Below are positions 28,752 to 37,512 of a stretch of DNA of 59,639 bases, in pieces. The notes under the pieces are model-generated. The model was not told the DNA's origin and did no database searches. It was given only the letters and a program-made list of their open reading frames with translations. Every line of letters begins with the position of its first letter. Within the stretch, counting starts at the first letter, position 1. The stretch comes from Paracoccaceae bacterium (GTDB lineage: Bacteria; Pseudomonadota; Alphaproteobacteria; Rhodobacterales; Rhodobacteraceae), in NCBI GenBank assembly GCA_047639325.1, contig JBLINN010000001.1, positions 1 through 59,639 on the forward strand, read 5' to 3'. Made by a program: the position numbers and the translations under genes.

Positions 28752-30479
28752 ATGGCAACCGGCGCGCAAAATACCCCGATCTCGATGCCGGAGTATGACG
28801 CGGCGGTCGCCGACCTTGTGCGCGGCAAAGACACCTGGGCACGCACCACCGTGGCCCAGCGCATCACCATTTTGCAACAGATCAAAGATGCGTTGCTGGT
28901 GGTGTCGCAGGCCTGGGCCGAAACGGCGTCGCGCAAGAAACTGATCCCTGCAGGCTCGCCGTTAGAGGGTGAGGAATGGACGTCCGGCCCCTATGCGGTG
29001 ATGTCGGCCTGTAACGGGCTGATGCAAACCCTGTCGCAGATCGACGGCAAGGCGTTCCTGAACGGTCTGGCCAAGCGCAAAACCGTCACCGGGCAACTGG
29101 CAGTGCGGGTGGTGCCCAGCAGCATCTGGGATCGCCTGTTGCTGTCTGGTGTCCGGGCCGAAGTCTGGATGCAGCCCGGTGTCACCCGGGACAATCTGGC
29201 AGCCAACACCGCCAGCGCCTATGATACCCCGCCCGATCAGCGCCAAGGCAAGGTGGCGCTGGTGCTGGGCGCCGGCAATATCGCGTCGATTGCGCCGCTG
29301 GATTGTTTTCAAAAGCTGTTTCTGGAACATCAGGTGGTGATCCTGAAGCTGAACCCGGTCAACGACTATCTGTTTAACGTCTACAGCGCCGCCCTTGCCC
29401 CGCTGATCCAGCGTGACGCGCTGCGCATTGTGCGCGGCGACGGGGCGGCGGGGGCCTATCTGACCAATCACCCGGATATTGAAGAGCTGCACATCACCGG
29501 GGCCGAGGCCACCCATGACGCGATTGTCTGGGGGGTTGGCGACGCGCAGGCGGCGAACAAGGCGGCCGGCACGCCAGTGAACCCCCGGCGGATCACCTCG
29601 GAATTGGGGGCGGTCTGCCCGACAATTGTGGTGCCCGGGCCGTGGTCTGACGCGGATATCGCGTTTCAGGCGCAGCATATTGCGACGCAAAAGATGCATA
29701 ACTCGGGCTTTAACTGTATCGCCTGCCAGATGCTGGTGATGCCACGCGGTTGGGATCGCGGCGCGGCCCTGCTGGCAAAGGTCGAAAAAGTCATCGCAAA
29801 ATCCACCCGCCTGCCCTATTATCCCGGCGCCGACGCGCGCATGGATGAGTTTGCCGATCATGCCGATGCCCCGGTTTCAATTCACCGGGGCAAGGCGAAA
29901 CCGGCGGTTCTGGTGGCAAACCCCAAAGATGCCTGGTTTGAAAACAACGAGGTTTTTGCCCCCGCGCTAAGTGTGCACGAGATTGACGCGCCGGATGCGG
30001 AAACCTATCTGCGCGCCGCCATCGCCTATGCCAATGACCGGCTGCACGGCACGTTGGGCGGCAATATCCTGATCCACCCCAAGACCATCCGCCAGATCGG
30101 CAAGCAGCGGTTCGAGGAACTGATCGGCAGTTTTCACTATGGCTGTGTGGCGATCAACGCCTGGGCCGGACTTGGGTTTTTGCTGATCCAGACACCGTGG
30201 GGCCCCTTTCCCGGGCACACATTGGACGATGTCCAAAGCGGGATTGGTACGGTGCATAACAGTTACATGTTCGACCGCCCCGAACGGTCGGTTGTTCAGG
30301 CCCCCTGGGCGCCATTTCCACGCAGCATCCTGACCGGCGAATTCACCCTGATGCCCAAACCGCCGTGGTTCATCACCAACCGTAGCGCCCACAAAACGGG
30401 ACAAGCGTTAACGCGGTTTCAACACAAACCCGGTTGGCTGGGCCTGCCCCGCCTGTTCGCCAGCGCCCTGCGCGGATAG
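28752..30479 (+). CDS. Aldehyde dehydrogenase-family protein (long form)
   Basis: ELGAVCPTIVVPG with a catalytic Cys context and an NAD-fold LVLGAGNIASI. Starts 2 nt after the ligase stop. Confidence 0.7.
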   Translation: MATGAQNTPISMPEYDAAVADLVRGKDTWARTTVAQRITILQQIKDALLVVSQAWAETASRKKLIPAGSPLEGEEWTSGPYAVMSACNGLMQTLSQIDGKAFLNGLAKRKTVTGQLAVRVVPSSIWDRLLLSGVRAEVWMQPGVTRDNLAANTASAYDTPPDQRQGKVALVLGAGNIASIAPLDCFQKLFLEHQVVILKLNPVNDYLFNVYSAALAPLIQRDALRIVRGDGAAGAYLTNHPDIEELHITGAEATHDAIVWGVGDAQAANKAAGTPVNPRRITSELGAVCPTIVVPGPWSDADIAFQAQHIATQKMHNSGFNCIACQMLVMPRGWDRGAALLAKVEKVIAKSTRLPYYPGADARMDEFADHADAPVSIHRGKAKPAVLVANPKDAWFENNEVFAPALSVHEIDAPDAETYLRAAIAYANDRLHGTLGGNILIHPKTIRQIGKQRFEELIGSFHYGCVAINAWAGLGFLLIQTPWGPFPGHTLDDVQSGIGTVHNSYMFDRPERSVVQAPWAPFPRSILTGEFTLMPKPPWFITNRSAHKTGQALTRFQHKPGWLGLPRLFASALRG

Positions 30480-30528
30480 CCCTGACTCCATTGGGTTTTG
30501 CGGCATATATTAACAACATTTTTATCTG

Positions 30529-30544
30529 TTAGACCTCTCTTAAC
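30529..30544 (+). promoter_or_regulatory. Candidate CtrA-type box upstream of motB (one mismatch)
   Basis: TTAG-N7-TTAAC compared with consensus TTAA-N7-TTAAC, 46 nt upstream of the motB ATG. Confidence 0.25.
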
Positions 30545-30589
30545 CCGCACTCTGCTATCCCAACCTTGGGTGAGAAAAAGGTGGTGGAG

Positions 30590-31426
30590 ATGGGTGCGTC
30601 GACGAATGTCGCGCCAGTCATCATCAAACGGAAAAAAGTCATAGTTGCGGGCGGCCACCATGGTGGCGCCTGGAAGGTCGCGTATGCGGACTTTGTCACA
30701 GCGATGATGGCTTTTTTCATGTTGATGTGGCTGTTGAACGCGACGACAGAAAAACAACGAAAAGGGCTGGCGGATTACTTTTCGCCAACCATTCCAATCC
30801 ACCGGATTTCCGGTGGGGGGACAGCGTCGTTTGACGGCGACAGCGTGTTTTCAGAACAGGCGCTGCTGCAAGACGGCACGGGCGCCACGCTGAAAAACTC
30901 GGCTGATTCCCAACAGGCGCGCGGTATGTCCGGGGCGGACAAGGACGGCCGTGAAAACACAGCCGGGGACCAGTTTAAAGAGGTCGAAGCCGCGCTTCAG
31001 GGGCGGGGCGGCGAAAGCCTGGTGACTGACGAGGCGTTGAAACACATCGTCACCCGGGTCACGGACGAAGGGCTGATCATCGAACTTTTTGCCACCGATG
31101 CCGCGCCCTTGTTCGAGAACGGCAGCGACAAGCCCACGAAACTGATGCGCGATTTGGCAGGGATGATTGCCCGGGTTACCGCGTCCGTCACCAATGACGT
31201 GGCGCTGGGCGGGCATATCCGCGCCCATCCGGTGGTTCTGGCGCATAACCCCGTGTGGGAGCTGTCAAACACCCGGGCAGACCGGATGCGGCGGTTGTTA
31301 CAAAGCGCCGGCATGGCCCCCGACCGTTTTCAACGGGTCACCGGCCACGCCGACCGGCAACTGGCGGTCGAAAACCCGATGGCCATCCGCAACAACCGGA
31401 TAGAGGTGACTCTGCTGCGCAAGTAA
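30590..31426 (+). CDS. motB: Flagellar motor stator protein MotB (OmpA-like C-terminus)
   Basis: GGAWKVAYADFVTAMMAFFMLMWLL with the conserved Asp-containing plug/TM. C-terminal peptidoglycan-binding region. Confidence 0.8.
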   Translation: MGASTNVAPVIIKRKKVIVAGGHHGGAWKVAYADFVTAMMAFFMLMWLLNATTEKQRKGLADYFSPTIPIHRISGGGTASFDGDSVFSEQALLQDGTGATLKNSADSQQARGMSGADKDGRENTAGDQFKEVEAALQGRGGESLVTDEALKHIVTRVTDEGLIIELFATDAAPLFENGSDKPTKLMRDLAGMIARVTASVTNDVALGGHIRAHPVVLAHNPVWELSNTRADRMRRLLQSAGMAPDRFQRVTGHADRQLAVENPMAIRNNRIEVTLLRK

Positions 31427-31527
31427 TTGGACCATATAGAAAGGATTTTAGGTGTTAGCGTGGCGTTAAGCCGCCGCGCGCTAGGGTCTGCATCACAAAC
31501 AGTTTGATGCAGCAGAAAGGCGCGTTC

Positions 31528-32850
31528 ATGACAATTTCCTCTTCGCTCAACGCCGGTATTTCGGGGCTAACCTCTAATGCCAGCCGCTTGGCGTCGATTT
31601 CCGATAACATCGCGAATTCGTCCACCTACGGCTATAAACGCGTACAGACAGACTTTCATTCGATGGTCATTTCGTCGTCTGGCGGCACCTATTCGGCTGG
31701 CGGTGTCCGGACGACCACGCAACGCCTGATCGACCAAAGTGGGCCACTGGTATCCACGTCAAATCCCACCGATCTGGCTGTCCGCGGTCGGGGTATGCTG
31801 CCTGTGGCCAAGAGATCGCAGGTCATCTCCGGCAATGGCTCTCCTCAGATGTTGCTGACCACCACGGGGTCTTTCCGCACCGACGCAAACGGGTATCTGG
31901 TTACCGAATCCGATCTGGTGATCATGGGCTGGCCCGCCAATGCCGATGGCTCGATCCCCAGCTATCCGCGCGACACCGCAGATGGTCTGGAACCGATCCA
32001 GATCAACGTCAACCAGCTTACCGGGGAACCGACAACCCGCATGACCCTGGGTGTTAACCTGCCCGCGACGTCAACCGAAGCAAACATTGTGGACACCGTC
32101 GATGATGTGGCAGAATTGAACGAAAGCTTGTCGATCGAATATTACGACAATCTGGGTACCTCGGAAAACATCAATATCCAATTTGTGCCAACCATCCCGG
32201 CAACCGGTGCGTCCAATGAATGGACAATGGTGTTGCGCGATACAGCCTCTGGCGATGCGGTGGTCGGCGAATATACGATGACCTTTGACGACAGCAGCGG
32301 TCTGGGCGGCACATTGCTATCTGTGGCCACTGTTAGCGGTGGCGCCTATGACTCAACAACCGGGTCGGTGATTGTCAATGTGGATGGCGGGCCGATCGAG
32401 ATTGATATCGGGCAGCTGGGCGCAAACGGCGGATTTACCCAACTTTCGGATCGCTTTGCGCCGGTTTCCATTTCCAAGGACGGCTCGCCGGTTGGCAACA
32501 TGACCGGCGTTGAAGTGGACGAAAATGGCCTGGTGCATGCGTTTTTCAACACGGGCATTACCCGGGTCATTTATCAGATCCCGATGGTCGATCTGCCCAA
32601 CCCCAATGGCATGGTATCGCTTGATCGCCAAACCTATATGCCCTCGCCGGAAAGCGGCACGTATTTCCTGTGGGATGCGGGCGAAGGGCCAACCGGCGAC
32701 ATCGTCTCTTATGCACGCGAGGAATCGTCGACCGATGTGGCGACCGAACTGACGGCGATGATCCAGACACAGCGGGCCTATTCGTCAAATGCCAAGGTCA
32801 TTCAGACGGTGGACGAAATGTTGCAAGAAACCACCAACATCAAACGCTGA
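31528..32850 (+). CDS. flgE: Flagellar hook protein FlgE
   Basis: MTISSSLNAGISGL...SDNIANSSTYGYKR N-terminus and a QRAYSSNAKVIQTVDEMLQET C-terminus. Confidence 0.85.
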   Translation: MTISSSLNAGISGLTSNASRLASISDNIANSSTYGYKRVQTDFHSMVISSSGGTYSAGGVRTTTQRLIDQSGPLVSTSNPTDLAVRGRGMLPVAKRSQVISGNGSPQMLLTTTGSFRTDANGYLVTESDLVIMGWPANADGSIPSYPRDTADGLEPIQINVNQLTGEPTTRMTLGVNLPATSTEANIVDTVDDVAELNESLSIEYYDNLGTSENINIQFVPTIPATGASNEWTMVLRDTASGDAVVGEYTMTFDDSSGLGGTLLSVATVSGGAYDSTTGSVIVNVDGGPIEIDIGQLGANGGFTQLSDRFAPVSISKDGSPVGNMTGVEVDENGLVHAFFNTGITRVIYQIPMVDLPNPNGMVSLDRQTYMPSPESGTYFLWDAGEGPTGDIVSYAREESSTDVATELTAMIQTQRAYSSNAKVIQTVDEMLQETTNIKR

Positions 32851-32895
32851 CCTCCCTGAAACAGCCCTTGCGGCGCGCGAACAGGACCCATCAAC

Positions 32896-34347
32896 ATGAG
32901 CATTTCTTCCGCCTTAAACAGTGCGATGAGCGGCCTATCCGCCGCTGGTCGCGCCTCGTCGATCGTGTCCGAAAACCTGGCGAATGCCATGACCCCCGGC
33001 TATGCGCGTCGCTCTCTGATTTTGACGTCAAACGCCCAGGCCGGGCCGGGCGTTCAGGTGGTCGGGGTCCAACGGCATTCCGACCCGGGAATTCTGGCAA
33101 ACCGCCGCACGGGCGACGCCGAATATGGCATGGCCAGTACGCTGGCCGGGTTCCACACTAGGTTTGAATCCCTGGTTGGGAACGCCACCGACGCCGATTC
33201 TATCGGCATGCGGCTGGCCGAGTTTGAAAACAGCCTGATCGCTGCGGCCAGCCGCCCGGAATCTGTGCAGCGTCTGGATATTGTTGCCGTCCGTGCCGGG
33301 GACCTGGCGCAGTCCATAAACGACGCGTCCGAGGGGCTTCGGTCGATGCGCACCCAGGCAGATCACGCCATCGGGTCACAGGTTAATCGGCTAAATCAGG
33401 CGTTGGAAAATGTTCAGGAATTGAACATAAGGATAACCGCAACCAAGTCCGGTGGCGGCAACATGGCGGCCTTGCTTGATCAACGTCAGACGCTGATTGA
33501 CGAAATCAACACAATTGTCCCGATCAACGTCGTGCCCCGGGACCGCGGGCAGGTCGCCCTTTACACCAATGGCGGGGCGATCCTGCTGGATGGGCCGGCG
33601 GCCACGCTCAGCTTTACCGTCACCCCAAACACCATGCCCGAGATGAATATTGAGGCCGGCACCCTGTCGGGCCTTGAAATCAACGGAGTTCCTGTGCGGA
33701 TGGGCGGCCAGCACGGGGCCATGCCGGGCGGGACACTTGCGGCACAATTCCAGATCCGGGATGAACTTGCCGTGTCGGCCCAAGAAGATCTGGATGTTGT
33801 CGCCCGAGACCTGATCGAACGGTTTGAAAGCCCAACGCTGGACGCCACCCTGGGCCCCGGCGATCCTGGCCTGTTCACCGATAGTGGCGCTGTCTTTGAT
33901 GCGGCGCAACAGGTCGGGCTGGCCAGACGATTGCGGCTGAACACATCGGTTGACCCGGCCTTGGGGGGCGAAAGCTGGCGATTACGCGCCGGGCTTGGGG
34001 CCGCTGGCCCCGGGGAACCGGGCGACGCCCGCCTGCTGCAGGCCTTTGAACAGATTTTGTCTGACCCGCGCACAGTGACGTCGGACACCCTTGGGACCGG
34101 TCAAATGACAGCTGGCGGGCTTGGCTCTTCTTTGTTGTCGCGGGTCGGGCAGAACAGAAACCTGTCTGAACAGACGCTCAGCTTTGCCTCGGCCAGCAAG
34201 TTTGAACTGACGCAGATCGAATTGGCGCAGGGCGTCGATACGGACGCTGAATTGCAGGCGTTGATGGTGATCGAACAGGCCTATGCTGCCAATGCGCGGA
34301 TGATCAAAGCCGCTGATGACATGATGCAAACCCTTCTGAGGCTTTAA
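32896..34347 (+). CDS. flgK: Flagellar hook-associated protein FlgK
   Basis: MSISSALNSAMSGLSAAGR...SENLANAMTPGYARR, with C-terminal EQAYAANARMIKAADDMMQTLL. Confidence 0.8.
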   Translation: MSISSALNSAMSGLSAAGRASSIVSENLANAMTPGYARRSLILTSNAQAGPGVQVVGVQRHSDPGILANRRTGDAEYGMASTLAGFHTRFESLVGNATDADSIGMRLAEFENSLIAAASRPESVQRLDIVAVRAGDLAQSINDASEGLRSMRTQADHAIGSQVNRLNQALENVQELNIRITATKSGGGNMAALLDQRQTLIDEINTIVPINVVPRDRGQVALYTNGGAILLDGPAATLSFTVTPNTMPEMNIEAGTLSGLEINGVPVRMGGQHGAMPGGTLAAQFQIRDELAVSAQEDLDVVARDLIERFESPTLDATLGPGDPGLFTDSGAVFDAAQQVGLARRLRLNTSVDPALGGESWRLRAGLGAAGPGEPGDARLLQAFEQILSDPRTVTSDTLGTGQMTAGGLGSSLLSRVGQNRNLSEQTLSFASASKFELTQIELAQGVDTDAELQALMVIEQAYAANARMIKAADDMMQTLLRL

Positions 34348-34350
34348 AAA

Positions 34351-35358
34351 ATGAACCTGACTTCTATCGGTGATCTGGCGCAAAACCTGCTGCTTCGAAA
34401 CCGCAGCGCCGAAATCAAATCCACTATTGCGACCCTCACTCAGGAGCTGAGCACAGGGCAAACAGCGAATGTCTCCACCCATTTGGGCGGAGATTACACC
34501 TATCTGTCCGAGATCGACCGCAACCTGTCGCGCCTGAGCGGCTTTGCCGTTGCCGCATCCGAGGCCGCCGTGCTGGCCGGTGCGTCCCAGCTCGCGCTGG
34601 AACAAGTGCATGATGTGGCGTCAAAACTGGGGCTGGACTTGCTGACATCCCTGCCCTCGACCCTGCAACCGGCACGCTCGCAGGCCACTGAACAGGCAAA
34701 ATCGGGGCTGAAAACCGTCATTAACGCCTTGAACGGATCGGCTGCCGGGCGCAGCCTGTTTTCCGGCACCGCCACAGATCGCGCGCCTTTGGCGACGGCC
34801 GATACTCTGCTGAGCGACCTGAAAACCCAGGTCGCCGGGTTGGTCTCGGCAAGTGATGTGCTGACTGCTATTGATGACTGGTTCGCCGACGCCGCCGGGT
34901 TTGACGCGGTGATGTATACCGGTTCCGATCAGACCTTGGCGGCAATCCAGGTGGGCGCAGGCGAATATGTAAACCTGTCATTGCGTGCGGATAACGCGGA
35001 TCTGAAACAGATGATCCGCAATACTGCTGTGGCCGCTCTGGCTGCTGATCCCGATTTGGCGCTGAACGCGGATGTCCAAAATGAGTTACTACACACCGCC
35101 GGAGAGGGGTTTTTACAAAGCGAGGGCAGCCTGACCAGTCTGCGCGCCGATCTTGGATATGCCGAAAGCCGGATTGAACAGGCCAGCACACGCAATGCCT
35201 CTGCCCGCACCGGTCTGGAATTCGCCCGAAATGAACTGCTTGAGGCAGATCCCTACGACACGGCTGCCCGCCTGCAAGAAGTGCAGTTTCAGCTGGAAAG
35301 CCTTTATGCCGTCACCGTGCGCAATTCGCGCCTTAGCTTGTTGAACTTTCTGAAATGA
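34351..35358 (+). CDS. flgL: Flagellar hook-associated protein FlgL (flagellin-like)
   Basis: Position after flgK. Coiled N- and C-termini with a flagellin-type C-terminal LQLESLYAVTVRNSRLSLLNFL. Confidence 0.65.
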   Translation: MNLTSIGDLAQNLLLRNRSAEIKSTIATLTQELSTGQTANVSTHLGGDYTYLSEIDRNLSRLSGFAVAASEAAVLAGASQLALEQVHDVASKLGLDLLTSLPSTLQPARSQATEQAKSGLKTVINALNGSAAGRSLFSGTATDRAPLATADTLLSDLKTQVAGLVSASDVLTAIDDWFADAAGFDAVMYTGSDQTLAAIQVGAGEYVNLSLRADNADLKQMIRNTAVAALAADPDLALNADVQNELLHTAGEGFLQSEGSLTSLRADLGYAESRIEQASTRNASARTGLEFARNELLEADPYDTAARLQEVQFQLESLYAVTVRNSRLSLLNFLK

Positions 35359-36455
35359 AATTTATTCAAATTCTGCTGCTGTGCCTGACCTTTCCTGCCG
35401 CGTTGCAGGCTGGCGCCATCCGCCTGAAAGACCTTGTCGAATTTGACGGGGTCCGGGGCAACGACCTTGTGGGCTATGGTCTGGTTGTTGGCCTGAATGG
35501 CACCGGGGACGGGCTGCGCAATGCGCCCTTCACCGAAGAAATCATGTCTAATATCCTGGAACGGCTTGGGGTCAACGTGACCGGCGAACAGTTTCGCCCC
35601 AAAAACGTCGCAGCGGTGTTTGTGACCGCAAGCTTGCCACCCTTTGCCCGAGTGGGCGGCCAAATCGACGTCACAGTGTCGGCCATCGGCGATTCAAAAA
35701 GCCTGCTGGGTGGCACCCTGATTATGACACCGCTGAATGCCGCTGACGGCCAGGTTTTTGCGGTGGCCCAGGGGACAATTCTGGCAGGGGGTGCTGTGGC
35801 CGAAGGCCGGGCTGCAACGGTTGTTCAGGGGGTGCCCACATCGGGGACCATTCCGTCGGGTGCGCGTGTTGAACGGGAAATTGACTTTAACCTCAGCTCG
35901 TTGACCACCGTTCGTTTGGCCCTGCGGGAACCGGATTTTACCACAGCCGGGCGCATCGAAGCGGCGATTAACCGCGAGTTTAACCGCCCCGTCGCCATCA
36001 TGCGCGATTCCGGAACCCTGGATCTGGATATTGCCGCCACGCGCGCGGCATCGACGGCGCATGCGATTGGGCGCATCGAAAATATCCTAGTGGAACCCGA
36101 GCGTAAGGCGCGGGTCGTTGTTGATCAGCGGTCCGGTACAATTGTCATGGGGGACGATGTGCGACTGTCCAGGGTTGCTGTGTCACAAGGGAATCTAACC
36201 TTGCGGATCGACGAGGCGCCAGTTGTTGTGCAACCAAACCCATTTTCCGAAGGGCAAACGGTGGTTGTTCCCCGCACCCGGGCCGCTATCGACGAAGAGG
36301 ACGGCGTGTCGCTTGCTGAAGTGCCGGAAAGCACCTCTTTGTCCGAAGTTGTCGCCGGTCTGAACGCTTTGGGCGTGTCTCCGCGTGATATGATCGACAT
36401 TTTGAAAAGCCTGAAAGCCGCTGGGGCTCTGCATGCCGAATTTGTGGTGCGCTAG
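35355..36455 (+). CDS. flgI: Flagellar P-ring protein FlgI
   Basis: Signal peptide, then RLKDLVEFDGVRGNDLVGYGLVVGLNGTGD. ATGA overlap with flgL. Confidence 0.9.
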   Translation: MKFIQILLLCLTFPAALQAGAIRLKDLVEFDGVRGNDLVGYGLVVGLNGTGDGLRNAPFTEEIMSNILERLGVNVTGEQFRPKNVAAVFVTASLPPFARVGGQIDVTVSAIGDSKSLLGGTLIMTPLNAADGQVFAVAQGTILAGGAVAEGRAATVVQGVPTSGTIPSGARVEREIDFNLSSLTTVRLALREPDFTTAGRIEAAINREFNRPVAIMRDSGTLDLDIAATRAASTAHAIGRIENILVEPERKARVVVDQRSGTIVMGDDVRLSRVAVSQGNLTLRIDEAPVVVQPNPFSEGQTVVVPRTRAAIDEEDGVSLAEVPESTSLSEVVAGLNALGVSPRDMIDILKSLKAAGALHAEFVVR

Positions 36456-36641
36456 CGCTGACAAGCCCATCGGGAAAGGCCCATTATGCGAGGGCATAGG
36501 GTGCCCAGAACCGGGCGTGAGGTTCTCAACGCCGAGTTTCTGGATGGGTGAACCGACGCGATCCTGAGGCCTCAATGGACCAGTCTGATCAGGAACACGA
36601 GAGGTCGAACCCCTTAAACATTGTCCGGCAGACATTTGGAT

Positions 36642-37403
36642 TCAGTCAACCTTGGTGACCCGCGCAACAAAACTGTATCCGACCCCGTGGATTGTGTTGA
36701 TGACCTCAGGATCCGAAGCGGCGTGGCTCAGCTTTTTGCGCAGGCGCATGACATGGACGTCAATTGTGCGATCACCGGCAAAACTTGCCCGACCGCGCGC
36801 CGCGTCAAGCAGTTGATCGCGGGTGTAGACGGTGTTGGGATGCGCGGTGAAAAGCTGCAAAAGCTCAAACTCGCTGGTGGTCAGGGCCACATGGTCACCG
36901 GTATCGGCCGCGCTCAGCGACCGCTCGGCGGTGTTGAGGATCCAGTTGCCAAACTGAAAGCTGGGCGGGCGCGATTGTTCGGGCCTGGTATCCGCCGCCC
37001 GCGTGCGGCGCAGGATGGTTCGGATACGCGCCACCAACTCGCGCGGTTCAAACGGTTTCACCATGTAGTCATCGGCGCCAAATTCCAGCCCGACCACCCG
37101 GTCAAATGTCTCGTCCCGCCCCGAAAGCACCAGAATCGGCAGGTTGGATTCGGCGCGCAGATCGCGGGTGATATCAAGGCCACTTTTGCCCGGCAGGCCG
37201 ATATCAAGGATGCACAGATCAACGTTTTCGCGTGCCAGAATACCTTGCATTTCCCGCCCGTCCGACGCGCACAAGACCCGGTATTCCTGTTTTTCAAGAT
37301 AGCGCTTGAGGAACGATGTGATTTGTGGATCATCATCGACAACAAGGATCAGTTCTTTGTCCAGCGCGTTGTCCCCCAACAAATCAGAATCGCTGTTGGC
37401 CAT
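36642..37403 (-). CDS. OmpR-family response regulator
   Basis: REC (LVVDDD, ILDIGLPGKSG, KPF) plus a winged-helix C-terminus (TIDVHVMRLRKKL...GVGYSF). Confidence 0.85.
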   Translation of the reverse strand: MANSDSDLLGDNALDKELILVVDDDPQITSFLKRYLEKQEYRVLCASDGREMQGILARENVDLCILDIGLPGKSGLDITRDLRAESNLPILVLSGRDETFDRVVGLEFGADDYMVKPFEPRELVARIRTILRRTRAADTRPEQSRPPSFQFGNWILNTAERSLSAADTGDHVALTTSEFELLQLFTAHPNTVYTRDQLLDAARGRASFAGDRTIDVHVMRLRKKLSHAASDPEVINTIHGVGYSFVARVTKVD

Positions 37404-37512
37404 TCTAGCGGGTGCCGGGGCCTTTGCACCCCGAAATTCGAAAAGTCCCGGTCAAAGATGGAAAACCCAACCGGGCTCGCATAGGATAAGTATCAGAAAA
37501 GAAAGGTCCGAC

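Noticed and set aside
36590-36620. tRNA-like T-arm string GGTCGAACCCC
   Set aside because: No acceptor stem, D-arm or anticodon arm can be drawn from the flanking sequence.
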